From positions 1 through 64,000 of the forward strand of contig JAYNIM010000003.1 of NCBI GenBank assembly GCA_038109055.1: a stretch of 64,000 bases of DNA, written 5' to 3'. A model generated the notes under the pieces. The model was not told the origin of the DNA and did not search any database. It saw only the letters and a list, made by a program, of their open reading frames with translations. The translations under genes and the position numbers were made by a program. The stretch comes from a bacterium (GTDB lineage: Bacteria > Margulisbacteria > Marinamargulisbacteria > GCA-2716485 > JAYNIM01). Positions 20,256-28,816 of the stretch are shown in pieces (the first letter of the stretch is position 1; each line of letters opens with the position of its first letter).

Positions 20256-20341
20256 AATGATTTGATGTCTATATTGACATAAGTCATATTACACATAGAA
20301 TGATCTGATGTCTATATTGACATAAGTCATATTACACATAG
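20256..20341. repeat. 43-bp tandem duplication
   Basis: 20256-20298 and 20299-20341 differ at one base. Confidence 0.95.
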
Positions 20342-20460
20342 GGGGTATTTTTATTGAAAGAACCAGACAATTAACGTCAAGGCCCCAGATTTCACCTACT
20401 TCAGGGACTTCTAATGTTCCTGGCCAAGCGGCAGCTGCCTTTTCTGCTAGAACAGCTGTT

Positions 20461-20745
20461 TCTCTTAAAGGTGACCTGTCGCACACTGTCTCACCCCGTG
20501 ACATGTCAGGGTCTACTCCTACTGAGGTTGACCGGGAGTCCCCTGTCTCAATCCCTGACTTGCCAGGCTCTAATTCTCCTGAGGGTGACCTGTCGCCCCC
20601 TGTCTCAATCCCTGACTTGCCAGGCTCTAATTCTCTTGAGGGTGTGCTGTCGCACACTATCTCACCCCCTGATATTTCAGGGTCTACTCCTACTGAGGTT
20701 GACCGGGAGTCCCCTGTCTCAATCCCTGACTTGCTACGTACCCCC
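20461..20745 (+). repeat. Five 57-bp (19-aa) coding tandem repeats
   Basis: SLKGDLSHTVSPRDMSGST / PTEVDRESPVSIPDLPGSN / SPEGDLSPPVSIPDLPGSN / SLEGVLSHTISPPDISGST / PTEVDRESPVSIPDLLRTP. Confidence 0.92.
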
Positions 20746-21627
20746 ACTAGGCAAACTCAATTAAGTTCTACCTTAAAACGTAGTGGTATCAAATGTGGCA
20801 TTACCGCTGTTTTTACGGGATTATCTATCTTAGTAAAATCGGGTCCAGTTCGGCCTATTACGTCTATGCTTTATCATGGATACACAGGTTTAAAAGATTG
20901 TAGACGATCACTTTTATTTTGTGAAACATCCTTAAAGGCTAATCCTCCACCAGATAACAAACAACAGCTTGTTTTAAGTTCTGCTAAAAATATAGCTGCA
21001 AAACGTATACGTAACAAGAAAATTGCCATGGTTGCTGCGAGTATTTTGCTGACTATTGGTACCGCTTGTTCTCCAGCTATTGGCTTGTGTGCGTATACTG
21101 CCTTTACACTTTTAGAGGTTTCTTGTCAGGTTAAAAGTGACAGTTCAGATTTTCTTAAAGCAGAAAAAGCTAAGATACAGCTTCACAGTCATATGCTTAC
21201 AGATGATATCCCCCACAATGAAGATGAAGATCTATATAAAGATGAAGATGTATATCAATATGTTTATGATCAACTTACTAGATCAGATCTTAGCACAGAG
21301 AACAGAGATATTTTTCTTCCATTGTATCTAGATCTTGGCGAACCTATGCATGATTATGCCCTTAAACGCATGACTCAGGCTCTCTCTGTTGACACTCTTG
21401 CCTCTGAACAAACTGCTAATATTACATTTTGTGCACAGTTAAAATATGGGGATCATCCTTCTGAGGATGATATTTTAGTCACAAAAGCGCATATCGCAGG
21501 GGTAAATTCTTTAAATGATGCTGAACGTACCCAATATAGTGCTATTACATCTAGTTTTACTCATTATCTTAAAAATGCTGTCGCTCTTTTTGTAGGCGCT
21601 TATGCTGAAATGGATCTCCCTAGTTGA
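20503..21627 (+). CDS. Orphan protein with N-terminal Pro/Ser repeats and hydrophobic segments
   Basis: ORF with 19-aa repeats and a bilobed hydrophobic stretch; the frame is open upstream to a possible ATT start at 20353 behind an AGGGGGT SD. Confidence 0.65.
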   Translation: MSGSTPTEVDRESPVSIPDLPGSNSPEGDLSPPVSIPDLPGSNSLEGVLSHTISPPDISGSTPTEVDRESPVSIPDLLRTPTRQTQLSSTLKRSGIKCGITAVFTGLSILVKSGPVRPITSMLYHGYTGLKDCRRSLLFCETSLKANPPPDNKQQLVLSSAKNIAAKRIRNKKIAMVAASILLTIGTACSPAIGLCAYTAFTLLEVSCQVKSDSSDFLKAEKAKIQLHSHMLTDDIPHNEDEDLYKDEDVYQYVYDQLTRSDLSTENRDIFLPLYLDLGEPMHDYALKRMTQALSVDTLASEQTANITFCAQLKYGDHPSEDDILVTKAHIAGVNSLNDAERTQYSAITSSFTHYLKNAVALFVGAYAEMDLPS

Positions 21628-21780
21628 TATTGTTTTACAAAAGCCCATATCGCAGGGGAAAATTCTTTAGATGACACTCAACCTCTTCAATATAGGGCTA
21701 TCACATCTAGGTTTACTCATTATGTTAAAAATACTATGGTTCTTTTTATAGCTACTTACACTGAGAGGCCCCTCCCTATC
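21481..21780 (+). repeat. Diverged 156-bp tandem duplication of the gene's 3' end
   Basis: 21481-21624 aligns without gaps to 21637-21780. Confidence 0.9.
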
Positions 21781-21829
21781 AGCTATAAGACCTTCTTAAA
21801 CTATGTCACTATTTTTTATCGTAAGACGT

Positions 21830-23272
21830 TTATCCTCTGTTTGCTTTTTTTAAAATCAACTCTCTAACTGCGTCAGGTTTAGCGCGCCCTTGGCTTTTTT
21901 TCATGACCTGACCCATTAAAAAATTGGCTGAATTATGTTTGCCGTTTTTGATTTTTTCAACCACATCGGGGTTTTCAGACATCACTTCTTGCACAATACT
22001 CTCTAATTCAGAGCTATCATTAATTTGCCCCCCACCCTTTAATAACTCTGCCAATGCTTTGCCCTCGATTAACTGCGGTAAAAATTCTTTTGCCATTTTG
22101 CCAGATATATCACCCTTTTCTTGGGCCTGCAATAAGGCCATCAATTCAGCTGGCTTCAACTGTAACTGTTCAAAGCCTTGCACATCATTGGCTGCTTTAC
22201 TGACATCGCCTAACACCCATTTGCTAATGGTATCACCTTTGACTCCATTGGCATGCCTTAAACATTGTTCAAAAAATTGGTTTAATGCCACATCAGCAAC
22301 CAAGGTATAGGCATCTTGTTTTGATAGTTTAAGTATCTTTACATAGCGCTTCTTCTTTTCAAAAGGGTTTTCTTGCACTTGACCCGCCCACCTGTTGATT
22401 TGTTCATCACTTAATACAAGGGGTAATAAGTCAGGTTCTGGAAAATAACGATAGTCATGCGCTTCTTCTTTGCTGCGTAATACCGTTGTGCTCTGCGTTA
22501 TATCGTCGTAGTTACGTGTTTCTTGATCAACGCTGCCACCAGAGTCCAAGATCTCTGTTTGACGTTCGATTTCACTGTATACCGCCCGCACAATGGCTCG
22601 AAATGAGTTCACGTTTTTGATTTCTGTCCGCGTTCCAAATGCCTCTGTCCCTTTAGGCCTCAACGACACATTAATATCCGCACGCAAATTTCCCTGCTGC
22701 ATGTTGCCATTACACACACCTGCATGCACCAATATCAGACGTAAGGTTTCAACATAGGCTTTGGCTTCTTCTGCTGAGCGTATGTCTGGTTCGGACACGA
22801 TTTCAATTAAAGGGGTTCCTGCTCGATTTAGATCTACCAATGAGCCACTCGATCCTTCAATCGCCTCTGCTCCTTGATGTACCAGCTTACCCGCATCTTC
22901 TTCCATATGGATCCGTGTGATACCAATACGTTTTGTGCTGTCTCCTACTTCAATATCGACATACCCCCCTAAACAAATAGGCAGATCAAACTGTGAGATC
23001 TGGTAGCCTTTCGGCAGATCAGGGTAAAAATAGTTTTTACGTGAAAAGACTGATTTTTTTTGAATCTTACAATGTAGTGCTGTACCGGCCATGACGGCAT
23101 ATTCAACGGCCTTTTTATTTAACACTGGTAAGGTGCCCGGCAAGCCTAAGGTTAGGGGACAGGTATGTTCGTTCGCATTTTCACTCACACCACTTGGACA
23201 GGCTGTAAATAATTTAGTTTTAGTATTTAATTGAGCATGAACCTCTATGCCAATAACAACGTCATACTCCAT
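21830..23272 (-). CDS. gatB: Asp/Glu-tRNA amidotransferase subunit B
   Basis: IGIEVHAQL, RKNYFYPDLPKGYQISQ, DYRYFPEPDL; start at MEYDVV. Confidence 0.98.
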   Translation of the reverse strand: MEYDVVIGIEVHAQLNTKTKLFTACPSGVSENANEHTCPLTLGLPGTLPVLNKKAVEYAVMAGTALHCKIQKKSVFSRKNYFYPDLPKGYQISQFDLPICLGGYVDIEVGDSTKRIGITRIHMEEDAGKLVHQGAEAIEGSSGSLVDLNRAGTPLIEIVSEPDIRSAEEAKAYVETLRLILVHAGVCNGNMQQGNLRADINVSLRPKGTEAFGTRTEIKNVNSFRAIVRAVYSEIERQTEILDSGGSVDQETRNYDDITQSTTVLRSKEEAHDYRYFPEPDLLPLVLSDEQINRWAGQVQENPFEKKKRYVKILKLSKQDAYTLVADVALNQFFEQCLRHANGVKGDTISKWVLGDVSKAANDVQGFEQLQLKPAELMALLQAQEKGDISGKMAKEFLPQLIEGKALAELLKGGGQINDSSELESIVQEVMSENPDVVEKIKNGKHNSANFLMGQVMKKSQGRAKPDAVRELILKKANRG

Positions 23273-24710
23273 TTGGAATCTCCTTATGAAAATGGGTAAG
23301 TTGTTGATATAAATGCCCCGCTTGTAGCACACTTGTCTCATCAAATGCCTTAGCAATCAGCTGTAATCCCACGGGTAAGCCTTTGCTAAACCCACAGGGA
23401 ATAGATAATGCCGGTAAGCCCGCCATATTAGCCGGAATCGTTGCTAGGTCACAGCGATACATGTCTAAGGGATTACTTTTTTCGCCTTTTTTGAAAGCGA
23501 CCGAAGGGGTTGTCGGGCTCATGATAAGGTCGTAATCTGCAAATATGCGTGAAAAATCGTTTTTGATATACGTACGCGCTTTTTGTGCTTTTAGGTAATA
23601 GGCATCATAATAACCGGCACTTAATACGAAGGTACCTAATAAAATGCGCCGTTGAACTTCTGGCCCAAAACCTTCTGAACGGCTTTTGATCATCATGTCT
23701 TTCAAGGTATCTGCGTGTTCACGACGTCCATACCTCACTCCGTCAAATCGAGCTAGGTTTGCTGATGCTTCCGCTGGGGCAATGATATAATACGTGGCAA
23801 TTGACGCCTCCAATGACGGCATATCTACCTCTTCGATCACGGCACCTTGATTTTTGAAGGTATCGACTGCTTGCAAGACACAGTGTTTTACATCTTCATC
23901 AATCGTCTCTCCAATCAATTGTTTGGGTAAGGCAATTTTGAATTTTTTGGGAGGGGTTGCAAGACTGTTTACCCACTCTTGAATGGGCGCTTGGCTACTG
24001 GTAGCATCATTTACATCATGCCCACAAATGGCCTCCAAGACATAGGCAAGATCTTTAACAGATCGAGCAAAAGGACCTATTTGGTCTAGCGAAGAGGCAA
24101 ATGCCACTAAGCCATAACGAGACACCCTCCCATAGGTGGGTTTTAAGCCCGAGACTCCACAAAAAGCCGCTGGTTGACGAATAGACCCCCCTGTATCAGA
24201 TCCTAAAGAGATCGGGACTTGACCTGCCGCAACCGCTGCTGCAGACCCCCCTGATGAGCCGCCAGACACACACTCTGTATTCCAGGGATTTGGCGTGGTA
24301 AAAAAGGCCGAATTTTCAGTGGATGACCCCATGGCAAATTCGTCTAGATTTAGCTTTGATACACACACTCCCTTGTTTTTCTGAAGCTTTGTAATTACCG
24401 TGGCGTTGTAAGGGGATGTATAAGGTTCTAAAAACCTTGACCCACATGTTGTTTGGGTGTTTTTAATACAAATATTATCTTTGATTCCTATTGGAATCCC
24501 TGCCAAAGCAGGAAGATCATCCCCTTTATCAAGGGCGGTATCAATCACCTGGGCTTGTTCTAATGCCTGATCTTTCAACACGGTGATACTGGTTTTGAAG
24601 TGTGCCTCTTGTTTGGTAATAGTTGCAAGGCTTTCTCGTACTAAGTCTGTGCTTTTTAGCTCACGGTTACGCAGTTTTTTTTGTAGTTCATCTACGCTTG
24701 AAAATTGCAT
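23262..24710 (-). CDS. gatA: Asp/Glu-tRNA amidotransferase subunit A
   Basis: Amidase signature GGSSGGSAAAVAA, GSDTGGSIRQPA. Confidence 0.98.
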   Translation of the reverse strand: MQFSSVDELQKKLRNRELKSTDLVRESLATITKQEAHFKTSITVLKDQALEQAQVIDTALDKGDDLPALAGIPIGIKDNICIKNTQTTCGSRFLEPYTSPYNATVITKLQKNKGVCVSKLNLDEFAMGSSTENSAFFTTPNPWNTECVSGGSSGGSAAAVAAGQVPISLGSDTGGSIRQPAAFCGVSGLKPTYGRVSRYGLVAFASSLDQIGPFARSVKDLAYVLEAICGHDVNDATSSQAPIQEWVNSLATPPKKFKIALPKQLIGETIDEDVKHCVLQAVDTFKNQGAVIEEVDMPSLEASIATYYIIAPAEASANLARFDGVRYGRREHADTLKDMMIKSRSEGFGPEVQRRILLGTFVLSAGYYDAYYLKAQKARTYIKNDFSRIFADYDLIMSPTTPSVAFKKGEKSNPLDMYRCDLATIPANMAGLPALSIPCGFSKGLPVGLQLIAKAFDETSVLQAGHLYQQLTHFHKEIPNGV

Positions 24711-24715
24711 GTTCC

Positions 24716-25006
24716 TTACGCCTTTAATTGAGGAACCCAAAAGGCCCCTTCTTGCCAATCTGGCGCATTCTCATCCATTAACAGGCCATGATGTTTAACT
24801 GGTTTATCTTCGCGCAAATAGAGTTCATTTTCAGCTGCATGACTGCTGGGTGCCAGGTGATTAATAGGCAATTTATTCAAAGTTTCCACATAGCCTAAGA
24901 CATCATCAATACTCTTTTTCATTGCTTCTTTTTGATCTTCAGGAACCTCCAAATGCGCTAAGGTACATGTTTTGTCAAAATCAAATGATTCGGTTGCCTT
25001 TTTCAT
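24716..25006 (-). CDS. gatC: Asp/Glu-tRNA amidotransferase subunit C
   Basis: LA.L, LRED and NAP...F.VP motifs; position before gatA. Confidence 0.92.
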   Translation of the reverse strand: MKKATESFDFDKTCTLAHLEVPEDQKEAMKKSIDDVLGYVETLNKLPINHLAPSSHAAENELYLREDKPVKHHGLLMDENAPDWQEGAFWVPQLKA

Positions 25007-25013
25007 GAACAAA

Positions 25014-25042
25014 AGTGTAGCAAGTTTAACTAGGAGCGTCTA
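25014..25042 (-). promoter_or_regulatory. gatCAB promoter, leaderless type
   Basis: TAGACG-N17-TACACT with extended TG, 7 nt before the ATG. Confidence 0.6.
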
Positions 25043-25169
25043 ATAGGTTTTTTGATTTTTAATGGGAAAGGCGCAAAAGTGGAAAAGACCCGCAGGTAAT
25101 GGAGATCTTCTACCCATCTCTAGGGTATATATTGAGAAAAAGGCCTTCCTAAAAAAATATGCTGCTTTC

Positions 25170-25712
25170 TTAGGTTTCTATCAACCCTAACTCCCTATTA
25201 TTCACGGGATAAATAACTGAAATTTTCTCTGTTCTCATATCCCGAAACACTAAAAAACTCAGAGCTTTTTCTTTTAGCAAGGCTGCTGCTTCTTCTACAT
25301 CCATTGGTTTTTTGATGAAATGATCTGTCTCTGATTCTGTCATTAACTCATTTGAAGTAGCTGAATTTGTACCTACCCCTTTAAGTGCTCTACGTTTATC
25401 TATCTTTGTACGGCGATTCTGCATTTTTTCTTTATGTTTCTTCAACTGGATCTGTAATTTATCGTAAATCATATCGACAACCGCGTAACTATCTCCAGCT
25501 CGTTCTTTGGCATGCAGCATAGCGCCAGATGCATAAACCGTGGCATTGGCTTCAAAGCGTTCGGTATTACTCGATGAGTATGTTTCACTTAAATCAATGA
25601 TTATCTCTTGGGTATTGTGAAAAAAATGATCTAATTTTTCAATTTTGGTATAAATATAATCCTTTAACTTTGTTCCTAAGTCTATATCTTTTGATTTAAC
25701 GATAATGTTCAT
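25170..25712 (-). CDS. hpf: Ribosome hibernation promoting factor, long form
   Basis: S30AE N-domain (YIYTKIEKL...QLKKHKEK) plus C-domain KPMDVEEAA...FLVFRD; AAGGAG SD. Confidence 0.93.
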   Translation of the reverse strand: MNIIVKSKDIDLGTKLKDYIYTKIEKLDHFFHNTQEIIIDLSETYSSSNTERFEANATVYASGAMLHAKERAGDSYAVVDMIYDKLQIQLKKHKEKMQNRRTKIDKRRALKGVGTNSATSNELMTESETDHFIKKPMDVEEAAALLKEKALSFLVFRDMRTEKISVIYPVNNRELGLIET

Positions 25713-25752
25713 GGTCATCTCCTTTTTTATTTTATAACTACTTATTTTAATA

Positions 25753-25779
25753 CTACCCATTGTCGTGTTATTTTCAAAC
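25753..25779 (-). promoter_or_regulatory. SigB-type promoter of hpf
   Basis: GTTTGA-N15-GGGTAG about 40 nt upstream of the start. Confidence 0.6.
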
Positions 25780-25823
25780 ATGTTAGACTCTGTAAAAAAA
25801 TAATAATACATAGGAATATTGAG

Positions 25824-26561
25824 ATGTCATTGAATGCTGTTGTCTTAGCTGCTGGAAAAGGGACTAGAATGAATAGTCAGTCTTCAAAAATGCTATTATC
25901 CCTTGGTGGTCGACCATTATTGCATTATTTAATGGATACCTTATCAGACTTAAATAACTGCGATATCACCTTAGTTTTGGGCTATCAGTCTGAAAAAATC
26001 GAGCAGTCATTGCAACATTATACCTTTGATAAAGTCTATCAAGATACACCCCTTGGTACTGGTCACGCTGTCCAACAGGCCTTTCCTGTACTGCGTAAAC
26101 ATCAACCTAACTATGTTTTGGTCTTACCAGGAGATAGTCCCTTTATCCAAAAAGAAACTCTTGAAAAAATGTTAACGTTACATCAACGGATGCATGCTAA
26201 GGCGACTGTCCTTAGTGCTGTTTTAGATGATCCTGGTGCCTATGGTCGTATATTAAGAGACTCAAACAATCAACTGATGGCTATTCGTGAATTTAAAGAT
26301 TGCAGCAAAAAAGAAGCCGCAATCAATGAAATTAATTCGGGGATTTACCTATTTAATCTAGATGTTCTTTTATCTAACTTACCCCAATTGAAAAATGATA
26401 ACGCCCAAAATGAATTCTACTTGCCAGATATTGTTGAATGCTTACATCAATCTGCTCAGGTTGTCGCCTCTTATTGTTTAAATGACCCTCAGGAAATTCT
26501 TGGGGTAAATACACCTGAAGACTTGGCCTTATTGCGGCGCTTGGTTCCTCATTTTTCGTAA
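25824..26561 (+). CDS. glmU: GlmU-like uridylyltransferase, N-terminal domain only
   Basis: LAAGKGTRM, LGTGHAV, YGRI, EINSGIY, N.Q.EFYL.D, GVN; ends before the hexapeptide domain. Confidence 0.85.
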   Translation: MSLNAVVLAAGKGTRMNSQSSKMLLSLGGRPLLHYLMDTLSDLNNCDITLVLGYQSEKIEQSLQHYTFDKVYQDTPLGTGHAVQQAFPVLRKHQPNYVLVLPGDSPFIQKETLEKMLTLHQRMHAKATVLSAVLDDPGAYGRILRDSNNQLMAIREFKDCSKKEAAINEINSGIYLFNLDVLLSNLPQLKNDNAQNEFYLPDIVECLHQSAQVVASYCLNDPQEILGVNTPEDLALLRRLVPHFS

Positions 26562-26666
26562 GTTATGTATAATCTTCATTATATGTTTAGGCTCTTGTTT
26601 TGTATTTTTTTCCGTGTTATTATTTATGCCCTATATTGAAAAGTAACGTAGGCGTTTGGAGAGATT

Positions 26667-27002
26667 ATGAAGAATACATATGAACTTTATTTTATTATTA
26701 AATCGCACCTTGATAAGTCAGTGTATCAGGAAATTGAGAAAAATGTTCAGAAATGGATTGTAGATGGTAAAGGATCTATTTTACATTTTGAAGTTGAGGG
26801 TCTACGTCCGCTTGCAACCATGATAAAAAAACAAAAAGAAGGGTATTATATGCTTTGTCAGTTTGATATCCCTGTAGATTCTTTGCCAGAACTTGAGCAT
26901 AAGTTGCGTATTGATGAGTCTATTCTTCGATATATGATTGTGACTATAGATACTGTGCGTCCTCGTTTTAAGAAATCAGACTCTGTGGAGAGCGCAGCTT
27001 AA
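26667..27002 (+). CDS. rpsF: 30S ribosomal protein S6
   Basis: YEL.FI, G.R.LA..IKK..EGYY, ILRYMI motifs. Confidence 0.95.
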   Translation: MKNTYELYFIIKSHLDKSVYQEIEKNVQKWIVDGKGSILHFEVEGLRPLATMIKKQKEGYYMLCQFDIPVDSLPELEHKLRIDESILRYMIVTIDTVRPRFKKSDSVESAA

Positions 27003-27009
27003 ATTTTTT

Positions 27010-27510
27010 ATGTCAAGCTTAAATAAAATTTTATTACTTGGAACTATTGTCTCTGAGATTGAGCATAAAGAGTCTACGGATGGTCAGTCCTTGTCTAGGT
27101 TTACACTTTGTGTCTCTCGTCCAGAACGTCAGGATGGAGTGCCGTCAGGGGAGGATAATGTGCCTATTATTGCTAAGGCAAATGCCTCCACCGTCTGTCA
27201 ATCCCTTGCCAAAGGGGCCCTTTTGCAATTAGAAGGGCGTGTTTGTACGGGTCGCTCACAGTCAGAGGATGGCTCTTTTACCTATTTTACTGAAGTTGAA
27301 GCGCTACAACTTACGCCATTGTCGTCTGTGTCTTTTAAACACGTTCCGGCGCAAGATCATCTTGATGCTCATACTGCTCCTGGACAAGCTTCTTTTAATG
27401 ATTTAGGTGCTATTTTGGAGACTAAGGCCCCCGCTACTGACACCTTCTCTTTTGACACTAAAACAACCCCATCGGAGGAAGCGGAACTGGAAGAAACTGT
27501 TCCTTTTTAA
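27010..27510 (+). CDS. ssb: Divergent SSB-family protein with acidic PF tail
   Basis: LNKILLLG, F.L.V.R and KG..L..EGR OB-fold motifs; C-terminus EETVPF. Confidence 0.75.
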   Translation: MSSLNKILLLGTIVSEIEHKESTDGQSLSRFTLCVSRPERQDGVPSGEDNVPIIAKANASTVCQSLAKGALLQLEGRVCTGRSQSEDGSFTYFTEVEALQLTPLSSVSFKHVPAQDHLDAHTAPGQASFNDLGAILETKAPATDTFSFDTKTTPSEEAELEETVPF

Positions 27511-27513
27511 GCT

Positions 27514-27876
27514 ATGAATAAATGTTTTTTAATTGGTAGATTGGTTAAAGACCCGGATCAACGTGTGACTGGTTCTGGTATATCGGTGACTTCGTTTTCT
27601 ATTGCTGTTGATCGTATTAGAAAACGTGATGGACAGGAAGGTGTCACTGATTTTATTCGCGTGGTTACTTGGCGACGATTGGCTGAAATTTGTGGTCAAT
27701 ATTTAAAAAAAGGAAAGCTTATTTGTATCGAAGGGCGCTTGCAGTTTGATCACTATATGAAAGAAGACAAACGTATTGAGCGCGCAGAAGTTGTAGCAGA
27801 TACTATGCAAATGCTGGATCGTGGCTTGGCTGAAGCCGTAGATACAGCTCAGGCAGCAACGGCGGGATCATTTTAA
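27514..27876 (+). CDS. ssb: SSB with canonical OB fold and a short tail
   Basis: MNK.FLIGRL.KDP, TDFI.VVTW..LAE.C.QYLKKG.L...EGRLQ. Confidence 0.92.
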   Translation: MNKCFLIGRLVKDPDQRVTGSGISVTSFSIAVDRIRKRDGQEGVTDFIRVVTWRRLAEICGQYLKKGKLICIEGRLQFDHYMKEDKRIERAEVVADTMQMLDRGLAEAVDTAQAATAGSF

Positions 27877-27889
27877 CGGAGGTATTTAC

Positions 27890-28129
27890 ATGGAACAGCA
27901 ACAAACTAATAAAAAACGATTTAAACAAAAACGACCTTGTCCCCTAAAATCTAAGTTAATTTCATATTTAGATTATAAGGATGTTGACAGTTATAAACGC
28001 TATATTACAGATAGAGGTAAAATTGCCCCACGTCGCAATACTGTGGTAAGTGCAAAATTTCAACGCTATATTTCAAGGGCAATTAAGCGCGCTCGTATTA
28101 TGTGCTTAATCCCCTATGAAATTTCGTAA
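27890..28129 (+). CDS. rpsR: 30S ribosomal protein S18
   Basis: DYKD, GKIAPRR, QR...AIKRAR motifs. Confidence 0.97.
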   Translation: MEQQQTNKKRFKQKRPCPLKSKLISYLDYKDVDSYKRYITDRGKIAPRRNTVVSAKFQRYISRAIKRARIMCLIPYEIS

Positions 28130-28140
28130 CGGAGCCTCCT

Positions 28141-28761
28141 ATGACTACAACAGTTGAAATTGTATTTTTGGAAAGCAAACCTGGATATTATGACAAAGGT
28201 CAGCTTAAGGCCGTCAAAGCAGGTTATTTTAATAACTACTTAAAACCAAAGGGTATTGCTCAGTTACGCTCACTCGTTGATCTTTCATTATTTTCTTCAT
28301 TGCAGAAACATTACGATACAAAACAAGCTGAGCTTAAAGCTAAAGCTGATGATTACGCAAAAACATTGTCTAACGCTACTTTTGTGCTTACGGCTAAATG
28401 TCAGGACAGAGGTACTTTATATGGCTCTGTTTCAACAAAAGATGTTATCTCCTTGATTAAAAAGAAGGGGCAGTATGATCTTACTCCTGAACACATCTTT
28501 TTAAGTAAAAAAAACATTAAAGAAATTGGTCAGTATAGCTTTTCTATACGTTTGCATGCAGACACACCTATTTTTTGCACACTCAGTGTCTTGCCTGAAG
28601 AAAGTAAAAAAAGTAAAAAGGTTGCAACTCCTTTGAAAAAGATTTCACGGCCTGTGGGTCAATCGCCAAATAAAGATGTATCTGCGTCCATTACTGCTAC
28701 CAAAGATGCTGAAAAATCTGACTCAACTGATGATGATCTTGTATCTAAAGACTCTGAGTAA
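28141..28761 (+). CDS. rplI: 50S ribosomal protein L9 with C-terminal extension
   Basis: VK.GY..NYL.P.G.A, LYGSVS, IK.IG motifs. Confidence 0.93.
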   Translation: MTTTVEIVFLESKPGYYDKGQLKAVKAGYFNNYLKPKGIAQLRSLVDLSLFSSLQKHYDTKQAELKAKADDYAKTLSNATFVLTAKCQDRGTLYGSVSTKDVISLIKKKGQYDLTPEHIFLSKKNIKEIGQYSFSIRLHADTPIFCTLSVLPEESKKSKKVATPLKKISRPVGQSPNKDVSASITATKDAEKSDSTDDDLVSKDSE

Positions 28762-28816
28762 GCCTCCCTTTTTTTACCTTTCTTTCAGTAGTTAAAAACG
28801 AGCATGCTGGGGATGC

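Noticed and set aside
20461..20745. CRISPR array
   Set aside because: Units are 57-bp in-frame coding repeats without unique spacers, and no cas genes are present
20289..20764. Alternative-frame ORFs of 152 aa (-) and 116 aa (+)
   Set aside because: Shadows of the stop-poor 57-bp repeats
21625..21627. Genome-wide TGA reassignment
   Set aside because: rel, rdgB, addA, murD and ftsW end at TGA at their expected C-termini
21481..21780. Diversity-generating retroelement TR/VR pair
   Set aside because: Mismatches involve all four bases rather than adenines of one copy, and there is no reverse transcriptase in the window
15559..21829. Mobile element carrying the two orphan genes
   Set aside because: No integrase, transposase, terminal repeats or target duplication was seen
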